From NCBI GenBank assembly GCA_002269645.1, contig NIVC01000658.1, positions 124,001-188,000 on the forward strand: a stretch of 64,000 nt of DNA, read 5' to 3'. Shown here one piece after another: positions 28,592-42,290 of the stretch; position 1 is the first letter of the stretch, and each line of letters begins with the position of its first letter. The notes under the pieces were generated by a model. That model was not told the DNA's origin and searched no databases. It saw only the letters and a program-made list of their open reading frames with translations. The stretch is from Macrostomum lignano. Lineage: Eukaryota. A program made the translations under genes and the position numbers.

Positions 28592-31500
28592 TTGCTGGGG
28601 ACTCTGGAATCCTGAAAAAATCAATTTAAAGCAAGAATTTGAAAATTCTTTACTGTAAGCTGTCGCTGTACTTTAAATTGTCCTGTTGCAAGCCCATATG
28701 ACAAACAAAAATTTTGAGTTTGTGATTTAATTCCTAATTGTAATTAGTTTTGAATTGTAACTCAATCATATTAATAAAGTTGATCAGCTAAGTATTAATT
28801 TGCTGCTTTTTAAAGAGCATTTCATTCAGCTCAACTTCAATAAAATTCTTACTATTAAAGCAATACTTATTCAATTAAGACATTATATCCATATCCATAA
28901 TTATATTCATAAGGACACTATATATACATAGGGGTTGAAACAAGGGGGGCAAAAGTTGAGTTATATATTTTTACTTTCAATACAAAAATAGCTCTTAATT
29001 CACTAGGGTCAGGGACTCAAACATTTTTGACACTATATGCACACTGTGGTTGGAATAGTGGAGGCTTAAGTTAAGGTAAATGAAAGCAATGGGGTAGCTA
29101 TCTAGCATTTGCAACTATCAAAGAAAAAAAGGCTAGATTGCAAAGAAGGCTTTTTAGAATTAGAAACCAACTGATAAGTAGATAATTTCCCTCACAGAAG
29201 ATCTTGCATGATAAGATATTTTGTTACTTTAGTTTCTTAAACAATATAAGAAAAGATATCAAGAAAGAGAGGAGAGAAGGGAGACAAGGAAAAAAGAAGA
29301 GACTGAGAGAAAGGGAAAAAGAGGGGAGAGAAGACAGGGAAAAGAGAAAAAAGAGGGAAGAAAAAAAAGGGGAGAGGAAGAAAAAGGGGAGAGATAGAAA
29401 AGAGTGCAGAGAAGAGAATCTAGCCATTTGCCCTTGGCCTAGTCTATAGTCCTTGCACTTTGTATAGCAGCTTAGGGCAGAAGGCAAGGCCTCCAACCAA
29501 ATGACATGGCCAATCAGTCAAACTTATTACCCATGCAGCAGGTTAGAAGGCCACATTAGGCACACCCTTGTATAAAGCATCTAGCATTGGTCTTGCTACC
29601 TAGACTGCTCTATACTCTGAATGTCATACTCAACATGGATGCCTCTATTGAAACAAAGGTCTAAACCATATTATGCATCCCCCTTTCTTATACCAAACTG
29701 CACTAGTATGTCAGACTGCACCTGTACTGCTAAGGACCAATCTGTGCCAAATATCATTTGCAATAATTGTCATTGGCTATAATAAGGATGGTTGCATTTA
29801 GCATTTGTACTATCTAGCCCATAATCTAGAAGGTGGCCTATATGCTAGAAAATTCAGATGTATTTTTGCTCTTGCTAACAATCTTGGCATATATTTGACA
29901 TAGAATTTTTAGGTTCAACATGAAATTACATAGTTAGCACACAAAAAATAGCAAAGTTCAGGGCTAATGTAATTGTATAGATAAATATCAATAAACAAAA
30001 GCTTTTTAAAAAATTATCATAAACTTTAATAAAAATATTAATGCAGTTTATGGGAAAAAACAAAGAATATCAGTTTTTAGCAAAAAAACAGCCATCTTCA
30101 GTTTAGTAGAACTCTTTTTTTTATGATATATACTCTTTTGAAAAATTTATATACAAACAACTCTAGACTTGGTATAAAAAGTTTTTAATTTTATGTTAGC
30201 ATAAAATTGAAAGAATATGAATGTTCATTCTAATATATACCTGCCATGATCTAGACTATGGTATCTAGCTATCTTTCCAAAGTGTCTATCAAGGTCTAGG
30301 TCTTGGCTACACTCCGGATCATATAGTATATGCCCAAAAATTTGGGCATGCATTGGCCTTGCATGCCAAAAATAGGTGTGCACAGTTGGCATGTATCACT
30401 TCTACGAAAATATACCTGGTATGCACTTTATAGAATCGCATAGAGGAGTTATTATAAAATAGAAAAAAGGTAAAAAAGTTCATTTTTAAGCATAATTTTC
30501 TTGCTTTCCAGGTTTTTAAGCTTGTAATAAGGCATTTAAACAAATCTTTATGTGTATCATTTTTTTACTATAAATAGTATCACCAAAAAGCAGAATCTGT
30601 CAAAAATAGTCTATTATACAATGAAAAAAGGTTATTTATTTTAAAAATGTAAAAAATATCATTTATTATTGCAACACCAGTAGAGTTTTAAGAATGGGCA
30701 TGCACTCAAATTTTTTTCGGTGTGCATTTGTACCTATCAATTTTTGTTTAGTCATGCACCTAGCATGATCCAGACTGTAGGGTCTTGGCATTGTACAATA
30801 GTTATAGAAGTTTATTAGCTATAGGCCTATAGATACAGCTTTGGATATAGATAGGCTACAAGAAAAATAAGATATGGATATAAATATATATATTTGGGAA
30901 AAATTTGGTTATGGCAAAACTTTATTGTCTTATCTAAGCAATATTATGCATAGCCAGAGGCCTAAATAAGGATATAAATTATTAAAGCCTAGCCTCAACT
31001 TAGCATAGGCCTAGCCTCAACTTAACTCTTAAGACATCAATATTAGGTACATCAAACTCAAATTGTATAAATAAATTAAATGAATCAAATGAAAAATGAT
31101 ATTAAAAATCAATGAAATCATATGATAAATCTGTAGGTGCTATTGATAGATTTGATCTAGAGCCTAACCCTTCGCTTCATATTGGCTATTGTAATAGATA
31201 GGCCTAAAGGCCTAGGCGGCCTAGGCCAACATCAAGCCCAATGGAATTCCTAAATTATGATTTATAGTTAAGATTATAGGCCTATTCAAAGTATGCCAGT
31301 ACATAGGTTTATTTTTAAGAAAACTGCGCATATATATAAGTGCAATGTGCATGTATATTATGCACTATACATAGCCAGCCAATAGTCATATAAGGGCCAG
31401 GGGCTTAATTTCTTCCATCCTATGCCATATGCTAATGCTATGGATGGCTAGGCTAGCTAGGCTTATGGCATAGGGTAAAAATGAATAAATGCAACCATTC

Positions 31501-32373
31501 AATAGATTTTTCAAAGATACAATATTAGTAAATTGAGGCTAGGTCAATATTAAACAATATTTTGACTCAAGCTTCAGAGTGCAACAACGTGATTGGTCAA
31601 TAACTTCATGTGGCAAGAGTTTACACAACATCAGTACTATCCCAAAGTAGTAGTAGTAATTTGGCTCAGGCAAGAAGCCTGTTTGGCCAGTATATGTCAG
31701 TGTATTTAATATTAATATTATTTCGATAGAATGGTGATCTGTGCGGCGAGTTTTACAATAATATAGTATTTGAAAGGGCGCCAATTTTTTTTCTACGAAA
31801 CTTCAAAAATCTTTAACGGCAAACAAAGCAAAAAGTATTTAAGTAAGGGATTAAAAGACAAGTATGGTGTCACTTGAATTCGTAGGTGATAAAAATAAGT
31901 TTATATGTATTAATCAGACAAAAAAATCAGATGAAAGGATTGCTGGCAATTATTAGGCATTAAATATGAAGGGTATTTTTGAAGCAAATATGTAAGAAAG
32001 AAATAACCAAAAATAGAGTGCTTAAATAAAAATAAGGCGCGATTAGAAAAAGAAAATTTTTACATAAATAAACGCGTAATACGGGATGGATTGCACCGGT
32101 ATTGTTTACTCGATTTTACTCGGGGTAGGGACTTAATAGTAAGAGATGCATAGTAGCAAGAGGGAATAGCAAGTAGAGTATCAATGTAACCAGGGATTCA
32201 ATTGGTGTAAGACGGTCAGCAACAGCGTGGTACACATGGTGTTCTCTATAATTTTCATGTCGGTTAAGGAGGGAGATTTGCTATGAGTTTATAGATCTTC
32301 TCAATAGCTAGCAAATCTTTTTTATTTTTGTTTTCGTTTGTAGCATAGCCTAAACTGTAAAAGTGTCTTGTGC

Positions 32374-32610
32374 TCAGGTGTCTTTGGTTAAAGTATTTTT
32401 TCCTGACATGACATCTAGTATACCGACACATTCAGTTGTATAGTGTAAGATATTATTGCCTGAATCTCTGCCACAAAGTTTGCATTTTTCTTGGGTGTAT
32501 TTGCTTGGTAAGAACTCAGTTTTAAGCTTAAGCAGAATTTCTAGGAGTTTTTTATTTCTAAAAATACTGGGAAAGTAGTTTTTTAAGTTAGGCTTGAAAA
32601 TATAACCCAA
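32374..32610 (-). mobile_element. Possible degraded 3' end of a non-LTR retrotransposon ORF (CCHC-type knuckle)
   Basis: CKLCGRDSGNNILHYTTEC fits CX2C-X9-H-X4-C. No RT motifs are visible nearby. Confidence 0.3.
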
Positions 32611-33168
32611 AAAAGAATATTATTTACAATTTAAATTCAGGTTTAGATTTTTATAACAAAACATACTTTTTTATATAGAAAATAAATACAAATTTGTATT
32701 TTTAAAAGCAAAAAACTCTTTAAAAACTGTTTTTTTGTTTATAAAAACAATTGTTAGCTGGTAAAAAATTCGTCTAGGAAAACGAACGAAATTAAAGTTG
32801 AATGTGATCAGTGGCGGGATCTACTCAGAACAGAACAGAACAAAACGGAACAGAACGGAACGGAACAGACCAGAAACAGAGGAGCAAAGCTAATTAATTT
32901 AAACAAAAAAATTTCTACTGTATTTGAGTTGAAGTTTTTTTTTCGGCAGATAGTCAACTTGCAGAAAAAAGCAAATATTATCAAAAGAAAAAAAATAACA
33001 ACTAAGAGGATCGAAGCCAGGGTCCATCCTCGGCTGGTCCAATTTTTTTTCTTGGTTTTACCTTTTATAGGCGTTTATTTGAAGTTGCTTCTAACTCAAA
33101 AATGTTTTGGATCCGCACCGAAAGTTAAATTTGAAAAATGTACATGTATATACAGGCCCATGTAACTC

Positions 33169-33433
33169 GGGGTGTTGGTATTTCGCGGCCCGGCCCGGCC
33201 CAGGGCCGCGGAGTTGTTACTTCAGTTTTTAACTTAATTTAAAAAATAGAGCATCAGAAGTTCAGTAAATTGACAATCAATATTTTAAAACGTAGTAAAC
33301 TCACAATTGACTCTACAAATATGCGGCATTCTGGTCAGTATTTTTTGTTTTACTTATTTACTAAAGTAGATTTAATTGGCTAAATAGGGGCCGCCCGGGC
33401 CGGGCCGGGCCGGGCCGTGAATTACCGATACCC
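33169..33433. mobile_element. About 265-bp MITE with imperfect ~32-bp TIRs and a 9-bp TSD (Mutator-like)
   Basis: Left GGGTGTTGGTATTTCGCGGCCCGGCCCGGCCC versus reverse complement of right GGGTATCGGTAATTCACGGCCCGGCCCGGCCC. ATGTAACTC is duplicated at 33160-33168 and 33434-33442. Confidence 0.75.
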
Positions 33434-35171
33434 ATGTAACTCGGTACATAATGAAGGTGTCATTTTGTGTTCATTGCGTGAAAGTATAACTATCTGTGTT
33501 AATGTACAGTCAAGATAATTCGGCGATTGGTTTCTGAGTTTAGAAACCAAGTACCCCTGTATATAGCTAATATACAGTGGTGGGTAGTCCTTGTTATAGA
33601 AACATACATGTACATGTATTCAGTTCTTTCAAAAAATTCGGAGTGCGTTACGTCCAGCTTTTAAATTACGTCCCGTCCCGCTCCAAGTAACTAATGTTAC
33701 AAGCTAAAAGGGACAATTCAGAGTCTGATGACTCAGGTTCTTCGAATTTTGATATTCTGCGCCTCTAGGCATTTGAATCTAGGCATTTACATGTACATGT
33801 AGACAGATTTTTTGTTAAGGTCCAATATACTCGTACATTGTATATGGCCGTCTCTTTAGTGAGTTGCATGATACGACCCGAGTTGTTTTCTGGCTTTCTA
33901 GCCTATTACTCGTTCTGCTTTATTTTCTTAATGCTATCTTTTAGCCGCCGCCAAATCAGTACGTACGGTACGCTCGTTGGACGAAAAAGCCATAGAGAAC
34001 TTAATTTGCATCTACTCGTAACAAACATAAAGCATGTGATATATAGTCAAGGTCAATTTTAAATCACTCAGGACGGTAAGCTCTAATCATGGTGAAAATA
34101 AAAGTTGGAGGCTCGTTTAAAAGCATTCTCTATTCTTCGATTCTGCGTTCCAAGAAACGAGGTTTCCCGTCCTTCTACTTGAGTAGTCCTTGACAATTAC
34201 ATGTACATGTAATTGTCAAGGACTATTACAACAAATTCCTCAACAAAGAGTAGAAATCTCTATGATTTCTCAAATTCAGGTAACGAGCATTAAAACAACT
34301 TTCGAACTCTTGAATCAGTCAAGCGTGCAGCTCGCAGCACATACGGTCCACAGATGTATTTTTCCAATCTTGCTTAGACATTACGCAAATAAATCCTGCG
34401 CAATTAAAAATAGAAAATGTTACAGGTGTAATTGTTCCTAGTTACTAATGCCACCAAATTGTAGCAGGCCTATTTACTCCCAGTCTAAATCCACCAGTTT
34501 ACTACTAAATCTATAATTACTTCTAACCCTAAGAATCCTAATAATTATACCTATATGTGGGCTATCGTCAGTACGAGTTACCCTGGTAGCTTCAGTTCCC
34601 GAACGGCAAGACACTGCTGACTACTATACTAAATTACTACTAATGTCCAAAACTACTCAGTCCAAACACGGCGTTACCACTGACCGAGGGGTTTCCGGCT
34701 TTAATACTGTCTCTCCCGACTTGATACTGCATCACGCTTGTAACAGCCTAGATCTATACCTGGAGAATCCTCCCTTTTTACTCAGCAAAACGCTTGTTCG
34801 GTAATCCCTGCTTAACTTCACTGGCAAAACGCCCTTTCTACCCAACACGGTCTTTCCAAACTTGCAATCCTGCTTAAATAACTAAGACAGTAAAACCAGA
34901 GAAATCTTAATTTCTAGGTTACTGAGTATTGAACCCAACGAAGGAGTTAAAGAAAATGTTTAGTTTTTCGTCTTATATTTATACTAACTGAAACCTCTCT
35001 CTATTGGCTCGCGCTACATTCGTTTAAACAAACATTTAGTTAAAACAAATTATTCAATCCACGAAAACAAAAATTACTACGTTAAAACAAATGGAGTATT
35101 AAAACAAAATATTGTTAATACTTTTATTCTTAAATGAAAAATGCGTCCTATTGCAAATCTTCAATCTGATC

Positions 35172-36291
35172 TCAAATTTCAATCATCAGTCGAATCTCTT
35201 TCAGCGACATTTCAAATGCAACAGCGTCCCAGTGGACGTATTCGTCCCCGTTTCTCTCGCCTCCACTGTAGTAGATCCCATTTGGATTGCAGGTCTCACA
35301 GTAGTTGAACCACCATCCGGTACCACTTCTTATTTTAGCGCAGCAGTTACCATTGCAGTTAGCATCCGTTGTCTGAAACTTCATTCTCCTGTGTGCACTG
35401 AGCGAGTCTCCAGAAACATTGGAGCTGCTGAGCAGCAGGCTGCCGTACTGCAGGGCGTAGCCAGTGTCGGGGCCCTCCACCAGGAAGCTGCTGTACTCGC
35501 AGTGGTAGCTCATGCCGTTGAACCTGACAGCCTCCATTCGCATGGTTCTGCCCACCGGCCGGGTCAGGGCGCGGATCCAGCGCAGGCCTGCGGTGTCAAT
35601 GGGCAGTCGGTCAGTATGAGCTGCAAGGGCTCTGACAGTGACTGAGTTTGTATGAGTGCTCAGTGACTTCTGTAGTATACGCTCCTTTTCCCAACAGAGT
35701 TTTGCCTAAGACTGCATGAGAATTAGCATAATTCAAGAAAGCGACTTTGCACAGATACTGCGAATCTCTAGTATTGGGAATTAAGAACAGAAGTCAGGGT
35801 TTAGTAATTACTGACTTGTGCATGTAGCAGTGATTTTAATCAACTTTAATCGATGACTTGTAATTGGCACAAAACTGATCTTTTTGAAGGAATTCTGTCT
35901 TCAAGGCTGTCAGCTTATATCTTGCTGACAAGCTTCATAGTTGATCATTGTTCATTGGTTTTGAACTGTTTGAGCATTCACTGATTCAATAAACGACCCG
36001 TTCAAGAAACAGTATTATACCATCACGATCATGCACCTATCCAAAAGCTAGCTTCATCACCAAAGCCATTTTTGTACTCGGTCCAGCCTATCACAAAGTC
36101 AACCGAATTGCTCTCGCGCTGCTGGAATATGTAAAAGTTTCTGCTGCCTCTGATCGCTAGTCGGCTGTACGTAATCTGTAAAACAGGGAAAATTTGAAAT
36201 TGTCAAATTGTTGTTATTTAAATATGATCTTAATGTACATATGCTGCAAGTTTAGTGTCCGTACTGTAAAGTCTAATTGGTTAATAATAGT

Positions 36292-36325
<34 letters not shown>

Positions 36326-36421
36326 TTATGAAAATATTAGTAATAATATTATTATTATATTATTATTATTATTATAATAATCAAGATGGAGGAATCGGCT
36401 GCCGCAGTCTGCAGGGTTCGG
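35172..36421 (-). pseudogene. PAN-FReD copy 1: intact last exon (35587-35172), diverged penultimate exon (36175-36037) and only a 34-nt remnant of the PAN exon (36388-36421); probably partial or pseudogene
   Basis: Last exon is 416 nt as in the other copies. The exon at 36175-36037 reads ITYSRLAIRGSRNFYIFQQRESNSVDFVIGWTEYKNGFGDEASFWIG. The PAN remnant (PNPADCGSRFL) is bounded by AAT/TAT repeats and an upstream in-frame stop. Confidence 0.65.
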
Positions 36422-38075
36422 GGCAATCCGTATTTGTTATAATAAAGCGAATACTGAAGGCTTCTATGCCTCTTTTTATAGTTTTATTCAACCTAGTTAT
36501 AAATACGAAGAATACTGCTAGGACTCACTTTTACTTACTGTTTGGGGTACTGAAAGCGCTCAAAAAGTGTCGAAGCTGAAACAGAAGGCACAGAAGTGTT
36601 CGGATAATTCTTCATATTTGCTGCAGTTTGTTTTTGCATTAATGTAGAGCAGCGATGACTCAACTAAAGAAAAATTTGCGGGATTTAATTTGTGAAAAAT
36701 TTACCACATGGTGGTTTTATCAGCGCAAATTTGCGACAGTGGCTAAACTCTCATTGGCTGCAAGCAACTGACGCCATACTCGTAGTACATGTACTTGTAT
36801 GCTCAATATTTCTGACTTTCTAATGCGTGATATTCTTTGTAAAGGACGTTTTTTTTACTTCAAAATTCCTGACGTAACAGTGGAGGTTCAACGTCAGGAC
36901 GGATTTACAGAATAATCCAAACCTTTTTGATCACTAACATACAGACCATACGCTCCTACCATGTTGGTTCAATGAGCAGCTTACAGAAAGAATCCGTAAA
37001 CAGCGCCGAAAATTTGCATGAGCAGTGTTTCGATCTTTGACACCTGTAGACTTAGCTCTTTGACAGGCTTCCAGACCACGAGAGGGCTCGGCTGTTTCAG
37101 TGAGGGGGGTCTGTAACGCCAACTGCATCAAACCTACTGAACGCAGGTTTCCGTTCCGTCCCTCCTGCCTGGGCACTAAGAGAGCCATTCGTGCCAATAT
37201 ATATACAGTTCTGCAGCAAACCTCTGTTAACAGACTTATTCAAATCCGAGGTCAACTGTTAGAAACAACAACTTCAGAGGCCTATTGGCGGGGTTGCCGA
37301 CTGACTACTAGAGCCAAATCTATCGTTCGAGAATCTCATCAATTCCTGAAGCAATTTTCGTAACCCCAATTATCTCGCTGGAGTGCAATGAGTGCATTAT
37401 ATATATTTTTAAGTTTTAAGGTTTTAAGGTAAGAAATTCGTTTCAAGGTTACAAGAGCTGTCCGCATATGCTTCTGACTCCTTTAAAAAATTTCAAACCT
37501 TCTCATTCAAGGGTACTCCAAGCAATGATTCTGGCTTAAAGCATCAATTAAGCAATTTTTCTTGTTTCCATGGTCTCTGCGGCTTAACCCCAGCCAAAAA
37601 CCCCAGCGTTCTGTCACTGAAAACTTTACTGAACTTATGAGCTACGAATCTATTTTTTCGCATAATATTTGATACAAAATATGCCTTCCAAGGAGACGAA
37701 CGAAAGGTGAAAAACATCGCAGAAACTTTGAAGACGCCAGGAGTGAGGCTTGTGTGCGGAATTCACGGAAAATGATCAGCATGCTTTTCTCGATGCAGCA
37801 TCGTTCCCATCATTGCAGACAGAATTCCATCCCTGAGAACTGCAGGCTACATGTCGCCATTAATGAGGATTTTGACTAATTGGCATTTTTAGCTTATGTG
37901 CGTGAAACTTTTCTCGTAAAGCAGCTACTCAAGGATGTTTGCTCATAATTTGCAGAGGATAAAAATTTATAAAAATCCACCAGTCGCACACATGCAGCAG
38001 GATTCTAGCTTCTAAAATCGTCTAACAACCAACAATTATAAGATACTACATATAATATTAATAAACATTAGCCTG

Positions 38076-40475
38076 ATGGTTCGACTAGGATTGTTAACAC
38101 TCTGTTTATTCATCTGCATCGGCGTGCAATCGGAGCAATCGGACACATTGCGAAATGGTGAGTCCAGCAGAGAAGACACTGGGGACTGCAGAGAAGACAC
38201 TGGGGACTGCAGAGAAGACACTGGGGACTGCAGAGAAGATACTGGGGACTGCAGAGAAGATACTGGGGACTGCAGAGAAGATACTGGGGACTGCAGAGAA
38301 GATACTGGGGACTGCAGAGAAGACACTGGGGACTGCAGAGAAGATACTGGGGACTGCAGAGAAGACACTGGGGACTGCAGAGAAGATACTGGGGACTGCA
38401 GAGAAGATACTGGGGACTGCAGAGAAGACACTGGGGACTGCAGAGAAGATACTGGGGACTGCAGAGAAGATACTGGGGACTGCAGAGAAGATACTGGGGA
38501 CTGCAGAGAAGACACTGGGGACTGCAGAGAAGATACTGGGGACTGCAGAGAAGATACTGGGGACTGCAGAGAAGACACTGGGGACTGCAGAGAAGATACT
38601 GGGGACTGCAGAGAAGACACTGGGGACTGCAGAGAAGACACTGGGGACTGCAGAGAAGATACTGGGGACTGCAGAGAAGACACTGGGGACTGCAGAGAAG
38701 ATACTGGGGACTGCAGAGAAGATACTGGGGACTGCAGAGAAGATACTGGGGACTGCAGAGAAGACACTGGGGACTGCAGAGAAGATACTGGGGACTGCAA
38801 AGAAGATACTGGGGACTGCAGAGAAGATACTGGGGACTGCAGAGAAGATACTGGGGACTGCAGAGAAGACACTGGGGACTGCAGAGAAGATACTGGGGAC
38901 TGCAAAGAAGATACTGGGGACTGCAGAGAAGACACTGGGGACTGCAGAGAAGATACTGGGGACTGCAGAGAAGATACTGGGGACTGCAGAGAAGATACTG
39001 GGGACTGCAGAGAAGATACTGGGGACTGCAGAGAAGACACTGGGGACTGCAGAGAAGATACTGGGGACTGCAGAGAAGATACTGGGGACTGCAGAGAAGA
39101 TACTGGGGACTGCAGAGAAGATACTGGGGACTGCAGAGAAGATACTGGGGACTGCAGAGAAGACACTGGGGACTGCAGAGAAGATACTGGGGACTGCAGA
39201 GAAGATACTGGGGACTGCAGAGAAGATACTGGGGACTGCAGAGAAGATACTGGGGATTGCAGAGAAGACACTGGGGACTGCAGAGAAGATACTGGGGACT
39301 GCAGAGAAGACACTGGGGACTGCAGAGAAGATACTGGGGACTGCAGAGAAGACACTGGGGACTGCAGAGAAAAACTTGTGATTGCGGAGTAACTTGAGAT
39401 CAAAACTGGTTGTACATGGACATGCATTGTTGAAAAGTCGCTGGGCATTGCAGCGTCACTTGAGACAAAACTGAACGTTCCGAACCCTGCAGACTGCGGC
39501 AGCCGATTCCTCCCTCTCGACCGGAGCAGCTGCGATGCCTCATCGATGCTGCCTGCTTTCGTCTCCGCAGCCTTCGTCTGTAGTCGGCAGTGCTCGCTGA
39601 ATCCCCTCTGCAGGCTGGCCAAGTTGTCTCACACCGGAGCCTGCAAGCTGGTGATGGACTCGGAGGCGCTCAGCTTCACGGTGTCAGCTGGAGAGTGCGC
39701 GATGCTCAGGATCGGTGAGTACTTGAGTCAGAACAGACTGAATGAGGGATTGTCGAATGTTCCATTGTCTGAACTCTGCCCTTCTACTTAAAGTAACGAA
39801 TACATAAAGTCTCAAATGCATTGCAGACTACAACCGCCTGGCGATCCGCGGTCACCGCAAGTTCTTCGTCATCCAACAGCGCAAGAGCGACTCCGTTGAC
39901 TTCGTCAGAGGCTGGACCGACTACGTGAACGGCTTCGGAAATGAGGACAACTTTTGGACAGGTATGAGCATTAAGCTACAGAAATCACTGAGTCACAAAC
40001 TCAATCACTGTCAGAGTCCCTTGCAGCTCATACCGACCGACTGTCCATTGACACCGCAGGCCTGCGCTGGATCCGCGCCCTGACCCGGCCGGTGGGCAGA
40101 ACCATGCGAATGGAGGCTGTCAGGTTCAACGGCATGAGCTACCACTGCGAGTACAGCGGCTTCCTGGTGGAGGGCCCCGACACTAGCTACGCCCTGCAGT
40201 ACGGCAGCCTGCTGCTCAGCAGCTCCAATGTTTCTGTAGACTCGCTCAGTGCACACAGGGGAATGAAGTTTCAGACAACTGACGCCAACTGCAATGGTTA
40301 CTGCTGCGCTAAAGTAAGAAGTGGTACCGGATGGTGGTTCAACTACTGCGAGACCTGCAATCCAAATGGGATCTACTACAGCGGAGGCGAGAGACGCGAA
40401 AATGACTACGTCCACTGGGACGCTGTTGCATTTGAAATGTCGCTGAAAGAGATTCGACTGATGATAGAACTGTAA
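38076..40475 (+). CDS. PAN-FReD copy 2: signal-peptide segment 38076-38157, 21-bp repeat block, PAN-like exon about 39399-39714, then 39827-39961 and 40060-40475; the 5' structure is ambiguous
   Basis: Signal MVRLGLLTLCLFICIGVQS; CSRQCSLNPLC (Cx3Cx5C apple motif); FReD motifs VIQQRKSDSVDFVRGWTDYVNGFG..FWTG and GWWFNYCETCNPNGIYY; phase-1 GT-AG introns downstream. Confidence 0.75.
38168..39371. repeat. 21-bp minisatellite (ACTGCAGAGAAGAC/TACTGGGG)n, about 57 copies
   Basis: Direct reading. Confidence 0.97.
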
Positions 40476-41153
40476 CTCGATAACCAATATTCAGCTTATT
40501 CGCAACTTAGAATCGAAAATTCACAATTAGATACTCAACACGCAGGCTGCGAAATTGAGTTCAATTTGACATTGTTTACGATGCCAAATTTTGACACGCT
40601 TTTTTAAAAGACTCAAATGGTCTTATCAAGCTCCGATTGAATCCAGCTTCTCCGCTCTGAAACCATTTTGATTGAAATAAAATGTTAACTACGAAATTGG
40701 CCAGTGAGCATCAATAACAAATCAGGCGAACATATAATTTTTTCCTCACTGGATTCTGAATTCGATTGCATGTACGAGTGTGAAGCCCCGAGATGAATAA
40801 CACTTATCGAAAATCTGCAAACTTCTGTATGCATGTAACTCCCACTCGATGGCAGAGCTATTGGTAAATTTATACAATCGAATAAGACCCAGATACACAC
40901 TCTATATTGACCCTCGTGGATAAAATTTTAAAAGCTCTGCACGAGTCTATTTTTGTGTGCGAGTCCCAAAAACTACATGTACGAGTACATGTAATGGCCC
41001 AGCACCTCCAGGGTACTTTGCCTGAGCTACAGGTATTCTGTCCCCTCGTTTGTATCTTCTATGGAAACAAAATTCATAATGACAGTTAAAAAAATACTTT
41101 TTCATTATGGGCATTCTTCCATATTTACCATACTCCGCATGGTGACACATGTA

Positions 41154-41380
41154 TCCAATATACTAAAAATGAAAATCTTGCTTGTTTGTTTGTTTGTACG
41201 CAATCGATTAGAGAAAAAATGGCTGGACCGATTTTCATGAGACTTGCACTGTTCGATCAGAAATTTTCCCGTGACGGTACATGCATCGTGGCTAAGAAAT
41301 TGCTCGATGCTAAAGGCATAAAATATTCGAAAAACATGCTTTTTTGCAAAGGTCAAGCAAACTTTTCGACTTGAAATGCA
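41154..41380 (+). mobile_element. Possible truncated 5' end of a non-autonomous Helitron-like (Lep1/DINE-type) element
   Basis: TCCAATATACTAAAAATG...(TTTG)n...GGACCGATTTTCATGAGAC resembles the 5' organisation of such elements from memory. No 3' hairpin or CTAG end is recognised. Confidence 0.3.
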
Positions 41381-41734
41381 TTGTAAGAATGCTAGAGAAA
41401 AAACTGACTGGTTGATTCTGATTCTGAAATAGATTGCATCATAACTGAATTGTAACTCCGACTTGAATTGAAAATGCAGTGTGGAAGCGTAGCACCAGAC
41501 TTGATTTAAATTGCGTAACCATATGATTATGTCATAACTGCTTCGTGTGATTTACTCTATGCTTGGAGTTTTGAAACTTATAATTATATTATAGAAGTGC
41601 TAAAATTCATGTTATCAAAACGATGAGAGCTAGCCTAGAGGTAAACAGACTGACTGCTAAATGCAGGGACGATGGTTCAAATTTTTAGAGAGTTTTTTTA
41701 ATTAAAGTTTTTTAACGCCAAAAAAACTAAAAAA

Positions 41735-42290
41735 TCATGGAAGCGTCATGTAAAAAATCATAAAAGCGTTATGTAAAAAATCATAGAAGCGTCATGTAAA
41801 AAATCATAAAAGCGTTATGTAAAAATCATAGAAGCGTAATGTAAACAATCATAAAAGCGTTATGTAAAAATCATAGAAGCGTCATGTAAACAATCATAGA
41901 AGCGTCATGTAAAAATCATAGAAGCGTCATGTAAAAAATCTTAGAAGCGTCATGTAAACAATCATAGAAGCGTCATGTAAACAATCATAGAAGCGTCATG
42001 TAAAAAATCATAGAAGCGTCATGTAAAAATCATAGAAGCGTCATGTAAAAAATCTTAGAAGCGTCATGTAAAAATTATAGAAGCGTCATATAAACAATCA
42101 TAGATGCGTCATGTAAAAAATCTTAAAAGCGTCATGTAAACAATCATAGAAGCGTCATGTAAACAATCATAGAAGCGTCATGTAAAAAGCATAGAAGCGT
42201 CATATAAACAATCATAGAAGCGTCATAAAAAAAATCATAGTAGCATCATGTAAAAATCATAGAAGCGTCAGGAAAAATCATAGAAGCCTC
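41735..42290. repeat. 22-23-bp AT-rich minisatellite (AAAAATCATAGAAGCGTCATGT)n
   Basis: Direct reading. Confidence 0.92.

Noticed and set aside
29400-30550. Cys-containing stretches suggesting a decayed DNA-transposon gene
   Set aside because: Too many stops; no catalytic motif could be identified.
36934-37950. Possible retroelement 5' fragment between FReD copies 1 and 2
   Set aside because: Coding-like composition but no RT or endonuclease motif that I can point to.
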